Shown piece by piece: positions 26,178 through 35,270 of a DNA stretch of 64,000 nucleotides (position 1 is the first letter of the stretch; each line of letters opens with the position of its first letter). The notes beneath the pieces were generated by a model. The model saw nothing but the letters and a program-made list of their open reading frames with translations. It was not told the DNA's origin and searched no databases. The stretch comes from Deltaproteobacteria bacterium (GTDB lineage: Bacteria > Myxococcota_A > Polyangia > Fen-1088): assembly GCA_033763315.1 (NCBI GenBank), contig JANRKS010000032.1:128001-192000 (forward strand), in the 5' to 3' direction. Both the position numbers and the translations under genes were made by a program.

Positions 26178-27179
26178 ATGTCTTCGCCTTCCGTCTGCAC
26201 CTGCGTGCTGCTGGCGCTTGCGGCGTGCGAAGTGGCGAACCCTGCCTACGATCCCTCCGTACGCAACGAAACCGATGGCGGCGCCAACAACTTCGACGGT
26301 GGCTCGGAAGATCGTGACGGCGGCGCGAACGTCACGTTGGATGGGCCGGATTTTCTTGCCTTGGATGGTCCCACGCTGGCGCTAGACGCGCCCGTGGATG
26401 CCGTCGGCGCGAAGGTCGACGTGGCGCCTTTGCCCGATGCCGCGATCGTCAAGCTGGACGTGGCGCCGCCGCCCCCCGATGCCGCGACCGTCAAGCTGGA
26501 CGTGGCCCCTCCTCCTCCTGACGCTGCGGTCACTGATCTGTCTTTACAGAAGCAAAGCTGCGCGCCCGATCCGTCGTTGGTGCTTTGCGTGGCCTTCGAG
26601 GACAAAGTTGTGGATCAATCCACGCTCGCTTCCTCGTTTAACACATCCTCCTTGGCGTTCGAAGCCGGACCCATGGGTAAGGCTTTGCTGTCATCTGCAT
26701 CCACGCGCATCGTAAACAACGCGCTCACGACGGCGGCTGTGCCCAGTGTGACCATCGAAGCTTGGATCAACCCCGCTCGTCTGCCCAGCACCGGCCGTCG
26801 TTTCGGCATTATTGACTATCAACCGCAGTATTCGCTTTTCATCTTGCCTGGTGGCGAGCTTTCTTGCGGCTGTGATGGCTCTCATCAAATCACAACGCAG
26901 GCCCTCATCAAGGTGGCCGCGTGGCAAAGCGTGGCGTGCACGATTGATGATCAAGCGATCAAGATCTGGGTCAACGGATTCGTCCGCGCTGAAAAGTCCA
27001 ACGATGGTTTATGCCCCACCGCAGTTGATAGCTCCGGAATGGCCGTATTGGGCAACATCACCAGCGGTGGCTCGCCTTATCCTGATTCGTTTGAGGGACG
27101 CGCCGATAACGTGCGCGTGTGGAGCCGGGTACGCACCGACGTTGAGATATGTGCTGACGCTTTGTTGTGCGCGCCTTGA
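26178..27179 (+). CDS. Lipoprotein with Pro/Asp repeat stalk and LamG/concanavalin-like domain
   Basis: LAAC lipobox, TIEAWI, WQSVAC, IWVNG, FEGRADNVRVWSRV. Confidence 0.8.
   Translation: MSSPSVCTCVLLALAACEVANPAYDPSVRNETDGGANNFDGGSEDRDGGANVTLDGPDFLALDGPTLALDAPVDAVGAKVDVAPLPDAAIVKLDVAPPPPDAATVKLDVAPPPPDAAVTDLSLQKQSCAPDPSLVLCVAFEDKVVDQSTLASSFNTSSLAFEAGPMGKALLSSASTRIVNNALTTAAVPSVTIEAWINPARLPSTGRRFGIIDYQPQYSLFILPGGELSCGCDGSHQITTQALIKVAAWQSVACTIDDQAIKIWVNGFVRAEKSNDGLCPTAVDSSGMAVLGNITSGGSPYPDSFEGRADNVRVWSRVRTDVEICADALLCAP
26412..26531 (+). repeat. Three imperfect 39-42 bp coding tandem repeats (K(L/V)DVAP(P)nDAA)
   Basis: Units beginning aag(g/c)t(c/g)gacgtggc at about 26412, 26451 and 26493. Confidence 0.85.
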
Positions 27180-27180
27180 G

Positions 27181-28425
27181 CTAAAGCACACCCACAACCG
27201 CGCCGGCGCAGAGTGTGGCCAGCGTGCCGGCCACGATGCTTTTGCCGCCCAGAGCCACGATCTCCGCGCGTCGTTGCGGCACCAAGGTTGAAAGCCCACC
27301 GATCATGATGCCAAGGCTGCCGAAGTTGGCAAAGCCACACAAAGCGTAGGTCATTATCAAACGGCTGCGCTCAGACAGCGCGCCCACCGGCAGCTGTGAC
27401 ATTTGCAAATAAGCCAAAAATTCGTTCAAGACTGTTTTTGTGCCCATCAGCGCGCCAGCGGTGCGCGCCTCATGCCAGGGAATGCCCATCAACCACGTGA
27501 CCGGTGCCATCACCCAGCCCAACATGCGCTCAAGCGAAAGCGGTGCCCCGCGCACCACGGGAAGCGCCCCCAAAGCCGCGTTCGCCATGTGCACCAACGC
27601 CACCAACACGATCAACATCGCAGCGACGGTTAAAAAGATCTTCAACCCTTCTTCGGTGCCGCGCGTGATTGCGTCCATCACGCTGGTGCTTTGCCGGGGC
27701 GGCATCTGCGCTTCGGTCTGCGTGGTTTGGGTTTCGGGCACCATCATTAACGCAATCGTCACAGCGGCGGGGGCCGTGATGACGGACGCCACCACCAAGT
27801 GGCCGGCGGCGTCGGCAACGATCGGCGAGATGATCTGCGCGTAAAGCACGAGCACGGTGCCCGCGATGGAGGCCATGCCCGCCACCATCACCACGAACAA
27901 CTCAGATCGCGTGAGCTTATCCAAAAACGGTTTTACGAAGATCGGCCCCTCCACCATGCCCACAAAGACATTGGCGGCCGTGCTCAAGCCAACGGCGCCG
28001 CCGATGCCGAACGTGCGTCGCAGCAAAAACGAAAACGCGCGGACGATCACGGGCAGCACATGCCAGTGCGTGAGCAACGCCGTCAACGCGCTGATGACGA
28101 TGATGAGCGGCAGCGCCCGAAACGCGAAGATGTACGTGCCGGCGCCGGGCTTGACTTCAAAGGGCAAAGGGCCACCGCCCAGAAAGCCAAACACCAGTGA
28201 TGTGCCTGCCTCGGTGGCTTTGGCAACGATCATCACCGCGTCGTTCACCAAGTTGAAGCTGCCGCGCACAAAGGGGATCTTCAAAATGGCTGCGGCCAAC
28301 ACCAGCTGCACCAGCACGCCCACCACGGCCACCTTGGGCCGCGCGTGCCGCCGGTTCTCGCCCAGCAGCCAGGCGATCAGCACAAAGGCGCACAGCCCCA
28401 CCGCGGAATGAATGGATTGCCACAT
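27181..28425 (-). CDS. nupC: Concentrative nucleoside transporter (NupC/CNT family)
   Basis: FAFRALPLII, AANVFVGMVEGP, GMASIAG, GTKTVLNEFLAY, YALCGFANFGSLGI. Confidence 0.92.
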   Translation of the reverse strand: MWQSIHSAVGLCAFVLIAWLLGENRRHARPKVAVVGVLVQLVLAAAILKIPFVRGSFNLVNDAVMIVAKATEAGTSLVFGFLGGGPLPFEVKPGAGTYIFAFRALPLIIVISALTALLTHWHVLPVIVRAFSFLLRRTFGIGGAVGLSTAANVFVGMVEGPIFVKPFLDKLTRSELFVVMVAGMASIAGTVLVLYAQIISPIVADAAGHLVVASVITAPAAVTIALMMVPETQTTQTEAQMPPRQSTSVMDAITRGTEEGLKIFLTVAAMLIVLVALVHMANAALGALPVVRGAPLSLERMLGWVMAPVTWLMGIPWHEARTAGALMGTKTVLNEFLAYLQMSQLPVGALSERSRLIMTYALCGFANFGSLGIMIGGLSTLVPQRRAEIVALGGKSIVAGTLATLCAGAVVGVL

Positions 28426-28440
28426 AAAGTGACGTAGACG

Positions 28441-29334
28441 CTACACCACTTCGGGCGCCACAGCGTAACGAGCCGCTTCGGCGTCGTAGCTGTCAAAGCC
28501 CACCACTTGGCGCAATTGCGCGAATGACATCAACCCCGCAGGCGTTTCGCCCTTGTGCAGTGATGCCAGCGCGTGCTGCATGGCCACGATGGCCGCATTG
28601 ATCAAAGTGACGGGGTAAGCCGCAATCTTGAAGCCCAACGTTTGCAGCGTGGCGGGCGGCAAAATCGGTGTGTCGCCGTCTTCCAACATGTTCGCCAGCA
28701 ATGGCACCGTGATGGCACGGCCGATGCGTTCAAGCTCCGCCTGCGCCACAGGGGATTCCACAAACACGATGTCGGCGCCGGCGTCCGCGAACGCTTGCGC
28801 ACGCCACAAAGCTTCATCGAGGCCATGGGTTGCCCGGGCGTCGGTGCGGGCCAAGATCAAAATGCCAGCGCCCTCGTCGCGCGCGTGCGTGGCGGCTTTG
28901 ACGCGGGCGATCGCGTCTGCGCGCCCCACGACAGATTTGCCGCGCGTGTGGCCACAACGTTTGGGCGCCACTTGATCTTCAATCATCACGGCCGCAAACC
29001 CCGCTTGGCCGTAACCAAACACTGTGCGCTTCACATTAAGCGCGTTGCCATACCCCGTGTCGCCGTCACCGATGACGGGGATCGACACGGCCGCGCAAAT
29101 GTTCCGTCCTTGGTCCAGCATCTCACCATAAGAAATCAACCCCGTGTCGGGCGCGCCCAACCGTGCGGCTGATACCGCAAAGCCGCTCATGAAGGTCAAC
29201 GGAAAACCTGCGTTTTCCACCAGGCGGGCCGACATGCCATCGAAGCAGCACGGCATCACCAGCAATTCAGGCTTTTGCAACAGCTGGTGCAGTTTCGCGG
29301 CCTGGGTTGTCAGGTGCTTGGTGCTTGTGCTCAT
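28441..29334 (-). CDS. Isocitrate lyase/PEP mutase family enzyme (methylisocitrate-lyase-like)
   Basis: FDGMSA, GAPDTG, DGDTGYGN, IEDQVAPKRCGH, ARTDA, LLANM. Confidence 0.9.
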   Translation of the reverse strand: MSTSTKHLTTQAAKLHQLLQKPELLVMPCCFDGMSARLVENAGFPLTFMSGFAVSAARLGAPDTGLISYGEMLDQGRNICAAVSIPVIGDGDTGYGNALNVKRTVFGYGQAGFAAVMIEDQVAPKRCGHTRGKSVVGRADAIARVKAATHARDEGAGILILARTDARATHGLDEALWRAQAFADAGADIVFVESPVAQAELERIGRAITVPLLANMLEDGDTPILPPATLQTLGFKIAAYPVTLINAAIVAMQHALASLHKGETPAGLMSFAQLRQVVGFDSYDAEAARYAVAPEVV

Positions 29335-29465
29335 GTTGCACAGTTTTGCCTGACGAGCCTTCACTTGTCGCGTGTGTTGGTCTTACCTGGGTTTAGCGTG
29401 ATGGAAAGGACCCCGAAACATCGAAGCGGTACGCTTATTTCTGTGAGAGGAAAGGAGGTGACGGT

Positions 29466-29681
29466 GTGTTGAACGACGTACCTGTGGCGGTGGGGGAGGA
29501 GCAAGGGGAGCGGCGGCGTGGGCGGGATCCTTTTTCGGGGCAAGCGGGTGTGGAAGCCGTGGCGGTGGGTTTGTGGCGGCGGCGGGCGGCGAGGGCGACG
29601 TCGGCCAGCATATCGGTCGCAAGGGCAGAGATCCGGGGGCCAGTTCCTCCGGTGCGCGCAAGGACAGAGGAAGCCAAATAA
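29466..29681 (+). CDS. Candidate 71-aa small protein
   Basis: Near-perfect SD AAAGGAGGTGA (29451-29461), GGAGG 7 nt before the GTG, and a terminator 10 nt after the stop. No recognisable domain. Confidence 0.45.
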   Translation: MLNDVPVAVGEEQGERRRGRDPFSGQAGVEAVAVGLWRRRAARATSASISVARAEIRGPVPPVRARTEEAK

Positions 29682-29691
29682 CGAGGGACGC

Positions 29692-29731
29692 GCCCGGCTT
29701 TTGCCACTGACGTGGTGGAGGCCGGGCTTTT
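29692..29731 (+). terminator. Rho-independent terminator-like hairpin
   Basis: 16-bp stem including G-U pairs (gcccggcttttgccac / gtggtggaggccgggc), 4-nt loop, then TTTT. Confidence 0.75.
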
Positions 29732-29747
29732 AAATTTATCCAGCGCC

Positions 29748-30188
29748 CTAAGGCAGCGTGCTGTTGACGCGGTTGCGGTCAAGCCGCGAAAACTGCCGGC
29801 CAAAGCGGTGCGCGATCAGATGTTCCAGGCACAAATTGGCGCCCCGGATGCGGCGACGCTCACAGGTCACCTTTTGGCACTTGGTTTTTTCTTCTTTCAC
29901 TTCGCCCAAGTGCTCGGCCAGGCGGGCCACGCAATAGCCACGGATGGTTTCCACCCGATCAATGTCGCGCAAACGCGTGGCGCCGGGTGGGTTAGGCCGG
30001 CACAAGATCGCCCAGCCTTCTAATTCTTCGGGCCACGCTTGCAGCCAGAAGCGGTTGCATTCGGGGCACTGACGCAGCTCTTCCCAATCTCCGCTTTCCA
30101 CCACCGCCCACTGCAAAACGTTGTCGTCGGTGATTGGCGCCCAATCGGGGCGGGCCAGGCAGGCGCATTTGGTGGCGGCGTCAGACAC
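29748..30188 (-). CDS. Cys/His-rich putative metal-binding protein
   Basis: CxC, CPEC..W, C…CQKVTC…CLEH. Protein-like composition. TAGGGT box 6 nt before the GTG. Confidence 0.7.
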   Translation of the reverse strand: MSDAATKCACLARPDWAPITDDNVLQWAVVESGDWEELRQCPECNRFWLQAWPEELEGWAILCRPNPPGATRLRDIDRVETIRGYCVARLAEHLGEVKEEKTKCQKVTCERRRIRGANLCLEHLIAHRFGRQFSRLDRNRVNSTLP

Positions 30189-30300
30189 GCATTAACCCTA
30201 CCGCAAGCCTCGTGAAAAGGAAGCGGGCGCAGGGGGCGGCCGCAACTAAATGGACGCGGGGCTGGTGTGGACCGGACCGCGTTCTATAATGGCGCCCCCC

Positions 30301-31563
30301 ATGGCTCCAACCACATCCGACTCCGCCAGCGTCTCTGGTGCAGATGTATTTGCGACACTGCGCGACCGCGGGTTCGTGCAGCAAGTGACCGACGAGGCCG
30401 CGATCGCACAAGCGTTGCGCGCCGGTCCCGTCACGTTCTATGCGGGTTTTGATCCCACCGCGGCCAGTTTGCACATCGGCTCGATGGTGCCGTTGATGGC
30501 CATGGCTCACCTGGCGCGCGCCGGTCACCGCCCCATCGCGGTTTTGGGTGGTGGCACGGCCATGGTGGGCGATCCCAGCGGCAAAACCGAGATGCGCCAG
30601 CTGCTCACCACTGAAACGATTGCCGAGAACCGCAAAGGCATCGAACCACAGGTGCGCCATTTCGTCTCCTCGGCCCCCGATGCCGTCGTGGTGGACAACG
30701 GCGAGTGGCTGTTGGGGCTGCGTTACCTTGATTTCCTGCGCGACATCGGCCGCCACTTTTCCGTGAACCGCATGCTTGCCGCCGAGGCTTACAAGATGCG
30801 GCTCGAAAAGGGACTGTCGTTCATCGAGTTCAATTACCAGATCCTGCAGGCCTACGACTTCTTGGTGTTGTTCCGCAGCCACGGCTGCACATTGCAGATT
30901 GGTGGCGACGATCAATGGGGCAACATTTTGGCGGGCACGGATCTCATCCGTCGCCTTGAACACAAAGAAGCTTTCGGTTTGACGTTCCCGCTGTTGACCA
31001 CGGCCACGGGCGCGAAGATGGGCAAAACCGCGTCAGGCGCCGTATGGCTTTCGGCCGAACGCACAAGCCCATTTGATTTTTACCAATACTGGGTGAACAC
31101 CGACGATCGGGATGTGCAACGCTTCTTGAAGTTGTTCACGTTCTTGCCGTTGTCGGAAATTGAAAGCTACGCACGTTTGGAGGGCGCCGAGATTCGCCAA
31201 GCCAAACAAGCGCTCGCCTTCGAGGTCACCAAGATCGTTCACGGGCAAACGGCGGCCGAAGAAGCCCAGCGTGGCGCCGCGGCGGCGTTTGGTGGGGGCG
31301 GCGGCGGTGAACTTGTTCCCACGCACGAAGTGACACAACCCCAGCTGCGCGAAGGCATCAAGGTTGTGGATCTGCTGGCGGCTTCGGGCTTGGCGGCGTC
31401 CAAGAGTGTGGCGCGCCGTTTGGTGGCCCAAGGCGGGGTGCGTTTGGGCGACGCCAAGGTTGCCGACGTTGAGCACATGGTGCGCGCAAGTGACGTTCCC
31501 GATGATGGCGTGCTTTTGCACGCGGGCAAAAAGCATCTGCGACGCATCGTCGCTGCCAAGTGA
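30301..31563 (+). CDS. tyrS: Tyrosine--tRNA ligase
   Basis: YAGFDPTA.SLHIG, GDPSGK, QAYDF, LQIGGDDQWGNI, KMGKT and a C-terminal S4 domain. Start at 30289 or 30301. Confidence 0.98.
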   Translation: MAPTTSDSASVSGADVFATLRDRGFVQQVTDEAAIAQALRAGPVTFYAGFDPTAASLHIGSMVPLMAMAHLARAGHRPIAVLGGGTAMVGDPSGKTEMRQLLTTETIAENRKGIEPQVRHFVSSAPDAVVVDNGEWLLGLRYLDFLRDIGRHFSVNRMLAAEAYKMRLEKGLSFIEFNYQILQAYDFLVLFRSHGCTLQIGGDDQWGNILAGTDLIRRLEHKEAFGLTFPLLTTATGAKMGKTASGAVWLSAERTSPFDFYQYWVNTDDRDVQRFLKLFTFLPLSEIESYARLEGAEIRQAKQALAFEVTKIVHGQTAAEEAQRGAAAAFGGGGGGELVPTHEVTQPQLREGIKVVDLLAASGLAASKSVARRLVAQGGVRLGDAKVADVEHMVRASDVPDDGVLLHAGKKHLRRIVAAK

Positions 31564-31581
31564 ACATGGTAGCATCGCGCC

Positions 31582-33057
31582 GTGTCTGAACCTGATCGTA
31601 AGCGCGTGTTGGTGGCGGACGATGAAGCCAACATCCGCCGCGTCCTCGAAGCGATCTTGCGTCGTGAGGGCTACGACGTGGTCACGGCGGGCACGGGCAC
31701 AGAAGCGTTGGAGCGCATGAACCGTGGCATAAACACGGTCATCACGGACCTGAAGATGCCGGGCATGGACGGCATGGCACTGCTTAAGCGCCTATCGGCC
31801 GAGTATCCGGAAGTGCCGGTGGTGATGATCACCGCACATGGCTCGGTTGAGAACGCCGTGGAGGCCGTGAAGCTGGGGGCGTTCGATTACCTCGAAAAGC
31901 CATTCGAGCAAGAGCAGATTCGCCAGTTGGTCGCCAAGGCCATCAGCACGAACGCGTTGGCTCGCAAAGATGTGAGCCCGGAGCCCGCCGGCGCTTCAGG
32001 GCGCTTTCGGCTTGTGGGTCAATCCACGGCCATCAAGCAGGTGTATGCCGTCATCGATAAGGTGGCCGACACGCCGTCCACGGTGCTCGTCACGGGTGAA
32101 TCGGGCACCGGCAAAGAGCTGATCGCGCGCGCTTTGCACGAAAACTCATCACGTCGCGCGGGTCCGTTTATCAAGATCAACTGCGCCGCGATCCCGAAAA
32201 CGCTGATGGAATCGGAGCTGTTCGGTTACGAGAAAGGCGCGTTCACGGGCGCCGTGGGTGCCAAGCCCGGGCGTTTCGAGCTGGCGCACGAAGGCACGCT
32301 GTTTCTCGACGAAATCGGCGAAATCCCGGTCGAGATGCAGGTCAAGTTGCTGCGCGTGCTGCAAGAGTCTGAATTTGAACGCGTGGGTGGCATCAAGACG
32401 ATCAAAGTGGATGTGCGCGTGGTGGCCGCCACGAACCGCGATCTGCAAGCCGAGCTGCAAACGGGCGCGTTTCGCGAAGATCTATATTACCGCCTTAACG
32501 TGGTGCCGATTCAGTTGCCACCATTGCGGGAACGCACTGAAGACATTCCCTCGTTGGTGGATCACTTCGTTGCCAAGTTCAACGAGCGCCTTAAGAAGAA
32601 GATCGCAGGCGTGGAGCCCGACGCGGTTGAAGCCCTCGTCAATTACCCGTGGCCCGGGAACATTCGTGAACTTGAGAACGTGATCGAACGAACGGTGTTG
32701 TTCTCGGAAGGCCCGATGATTCGTTTGCCGGAACTCCCTGCCGACCTTTTGGGCCCGCGCGCGCAGGACAAAACCGATTCGCGGACCAGTGGCACGCGCC
32801 CCGTGGTGGGTGCGGTGGTGGACCGCGCCGCCGACGAAGCGGGTTCGTCGCCGTTGGCCACCCAGGGCGAGGGCGTAAGCTCGCTCAAAGAAGCGGTAAA
32901 AGCCGAGACGGAGCGTGTGGAGCGAGAGCTCATCCAGCGCGCGTTGGACGAAACCGGGGGCAACGTGACCCAAGCGGCGCGCAAGCTCAAGATTTCGCGC
33001 AAGAGCCTGCAAACCAAGATGAAGGAACTTGGCCTGCGCGATCGGGAGGGGAGCTAG
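31582..33057 (+). CDS. NtrC-family sigma54 response regulator
   Basis: REC domain, [46 protein letters not shown] and a Fis HTH. Confidence 0.97.
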   Translation: MSEPDRKRVLVADDEANIRRVLEAILRREGYDVVTAGTGTEALERMNRGINTVITDLKMPGMDGMALLKRLSAEYPEVPVVMITAHGSVENAVEAVKLGAFDYLEKPFEQEQIRQLVAKAISTNALARKDVSPEPAGASGRFRLVGQSTAIKQVYAVIDKVADTPSTVLVTGESGTGKELIARALHENSSRRAGPFIKINCAAIPKTLMESELFGYEKGAFTGAVGAKPGRFELAHEGTLFLDEIGEIPVEMQVKLLRVLQESEFERVGGIKTIKVDVRVVAATNRDLQAELQTGAFREDLYYRLNVVPIQLPPLRERTEDIPSLVDHFVAKFNERLKKKIAGVEPDAVEALVNYPWPGNIRELENVIERTVLFSEGPMIRLPELPADLLGPRAQDKTDSRTSGTRPVVGAVVDRAADEAGSSPLATQGEGVSSLKEAVKAETERVERELIQRALDETGGNVTQAARKLKISRKSLQTKMKELGLRDREGS

Positions 33058-33145
33058 CCAACAAGGCCCATCTCGGTGTGGCCGCGGTTTGTGCGGCGAT
33101 GCCAGGTCAAGGCGCGGCGGGACTGTGTTATTGTCCCTCGTCGCC

Positions 33146-34468
33146 GTGCCTTCCATCCACTTCACGTTCAAGCCGGGTCGTGCGAGCCGGGCTTTCTTCC
33201 TTCCTGCGTTGGGCTTGGCCTGTGCGGGTGGGCTTGGGCTTGTTGCCTTCACAAGCCACTTTGCGCTGGCGGCGGAAGCCACCCGCGTGGTGTCCGCGGG
33301 CGACGACGACAACCCCTATGACCTAAACCTGTCGCTCGTGTACGGGCACGAGGCACGCCAGGGTCAGCTGATGCGCGAAAGCACGTCGGCCGCGGGCGAG
33401 GTTGTGCGCGTGCCCGATCAGATCTTTAAGCAAACGCGTGACACGCTCAACGTGCGGATGGACATTGGCCTGCTGCCTGACATCGGCTTGTTTTTGAACT
33501 TGCCGCTTGTCATCGCAGACAACCGCACGTTGTCGTTCGATGACACCGACGCGGGCACGTCATCCTTGCTGCGTGACCAGTTGCTGCCGGGCTTTGGCCA
33601 AGCCGATTATGGCATCGATGCCGTTCATGGCCGCAGCTTCACGGGCCCTTCATCGAAGACGTTCGCCGGCCCCACGCGCAAAGGCTTGGAGTACCTGGCG
33701 TTCGGTTTGAATTGGGCGATGTTCAATCAAAAGCGCGTGGCCGCGGAACCCACGTGGCTGCTGGGTTTTGAAGCGCGCGTGGACGTGTCGAAGACGATGC
33801 GTTTTGATCCAAACAAGCCCAAAGCCAACACGGCCGTCGGGCCCGGATACCACCAGCTGCTCGTCAACACGATGGCTTCGCGGCGCTTTGGTCCGCTTGA
33901 GCCGTACGTAGGCGGTTGGTACATGTTCCCGATCAAAACGGCCAGCAGCCCATTTGAAAAGCAGGGCATGGGCAGCGAAGCCATGTCGAACCCGCAGCAG
34001 CGCGCTTACGTGACGGCGGGCGTAGAAGCCACCGTGTGGGAACGCCCCGACGAACACCAAAGCATTTCGCTCGAGCTGCGGATGAGCGTGGAGACGCGCT
34101 TTTTGGGCCTGGCGCGCAGTGATCTGTGGGAACCGCTGTCGGGCAGCGCCACGTGCGCGAACACGCCGGCCACCGGCTGCCGCCCTGGCTTGGACAGCCA
34201 AGACCTGGATGGCGACGGCAAGGTGGACCCGAACTCTGGGATCACCCGCAGCCCCACCTACGGCATCTTCGGTGGCGACGTGGGCCTCAACGTGCGCGCC
34301 GGCGAGCACGTGCGGTTCCGCGGCATCTTCGGGCTCACAGCCGAGCAGAACCGCTTCATGACCGACGCGCGCTCCAACTACAGCAGCTTCGACAGCCCCG
34401 GCCGCCGCTTCTACGTGCAAGACGCTTACGGTTACCGCCTGCTGCTCGACGGCGCGATCTTGTTCTAA
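33146..34468 (+). CDS. Exported probable outer-membrane beta-barrel protein
   Basis: Signal-like N-terminus ending ALA-AE, alternating amphipathic strands, terminal Phe, and a DLDGDGKVD Ca-loop with a nearby Cys pair. Start uncertain. Confidence 0.7.
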   Translation: MPSIHFTFKPGRASRAFFLPALGLACAGGLGLVAFTSHFALAAEATRVVSAGDDDNPYDLNLSLVYGHEARQGQLMRESTSAAGEVVRVPDQIFKQTRDTLNVRMDIGLLPDIGLFLNLPLVIADNRTLSFDDTDAGTSSLLRDQLLPGFGQADYGIDAVHGRSFTGPSSKTFAGPTRKGLEYLAFGLNWAMFNQKRVAAEPTWLLGFEARVDVSKTMRFDPNKPKANTAVGPGYHQLLVNTMASRRFGPLEPYVGGWYMFPIKTASSPFEKQGMGSEAMSNPQQRAYVTAGVEATVWERPDEHQSISLELRMSVETRFLGLARSDLWEPLSGSATCANTPATGCRPGLDSQDLDGDGKVDPNSGITRSPTYGIFGGDVGLNVRAGEHVRFRGIFGLTAEQNRFMTDARSNYSSFDSPGRRFYVQDAYGYRLLLDGAILF

Positions 34469-34498
34469 CGTTTGCGAAAGAACAAAGATCCAGGAACG

Positions 34499-34927
34499 TT
34501 AGTCGCTCCAGCTCAAGACAGTAAGACCTTCCCGCGCCGCCGCGTCAGCAAGCCGCCTATCGAGAACCACCATGGTTAGGGGCGCAGCGCTCTCGGCTGC
34601 GAAGAGCGCTGCGGCCAATTGCATTGCATCAGCGGCACGTAGGGCGTGCCTCGCCAACACGGTCAAGGCTCGCGATCGAACCGCGGACACGTCTATGATT
34701 TCGTGGGCGTTGGAAGCGATTTGTTCTGCTCGCTGGAGTAGCTTCGTTCGCTGGTCGCGGCCAATGACGCCCTCACGGGCTCGTCTTTCAATTGACGAGG
34801 CCATTTCAACACGCGTTAATGTCCAGACGATGACGTCAGAATCCTCCTGCAACCACCGTTGTGCTAACGCGGAGCCGGGTTCGGTTACCAGCAGGGGCAA
34901 GATGGCTGAGGCATCCCAAAACCTCAA
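34499..34927 (-). CDS. vapC: PIN-domain VapC toxin
   Basis: (M)RFWDASAILPLL, VEMASSI, LRAADAMQLA, LDRRL..AA..EG. The TTG start overlaps the antitoxin TGA (TTGA). Confidence 0.9.
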   Translation of the reverse strand: MRFWDASAILPLLVTEPGSALAQRWLQEDSDVIVWTLTRVEMASSIERRAREGVIGRDQRTKLLQRAEQIASNAHEIIDVSAVRSRALTVLARHALRAADAMQLAAALFAAESAAPLTMVVLDRRLADAAAREGLTVLSWSD

Positions 34928-35217
34928 AAGCGATCCTCTCGTTCCTCGTCGAGTGCAGTGGCGAGGCCGGGCGGCCCGATGTCGATCGGCGCTTCCGTGA
35001 GGATCCAACTTAAGTCACCAGACCCTCTTCTAATGCTGCCCGCTTCGATCAGAGTGCTGATGCGGGCATCAACCGCCCCTCGCATGGCACCCGAGAGTCC
35101 TACCAGGCGTGCGATTGGCGTGCCCCTGTCCTCTATCTGAACCTCGCTTCCACGCTGGACCATCCGCAAAAAGCGGGACAAATTGGCCTTCACTTCGCTG
35201 ACAGACGCGCGCGCCAT
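34924..35217 (-). CDS. Phd/YefM-family antitoxin
   Basis: MARASVSEVKANLSRFLRMVQRGSEVQIEDRGTPIARLV and an acidic tail ALDEEREDRF. Confidence 0.9.
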   Translation of the reverse strand: MARASVSEVKANLSRFLRMVQRGSEVQIEDRGTPIARLVGLSGAMRGAVDARISTLIEAGSIRRGSGDLSWILTEAPIDIGPPGLATALDEEREDRF

Positions 35218-35262
35218 ATGACCATTATAGTCATCTGAGCGCCGCATTTCCAGACCATTTAG
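35218..35262 (-). promoter_or_regulatory. TA promoter/operator: TATAAT inside an ATGAC-N7-GTCAT palindrome, plus a second half-site
   Basis: Minus strand ATGACTATAATGGTCAT-ATG. GACCATT occurs at 35220 and 35253. Confidence 0.65.
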
Positions 35263-35270
35263 AACTGAGG

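Noticed and set aside
29440-29740. RNase P RNA, tmRNA or 6S RNA in the G-rich intergenic region
   Set aside because: GAGGAAAG is not followed by TCC, and no tRNA-like ends or other diagnostic motifs were seen.
34462-34504. TTCTAAC…GTTAGTC resembling an integron attC site next to the TA module
   Set aside because: About 40 nt is too short for attC, both core sites mismatch the consensus, and there is no integrase or cassette array.
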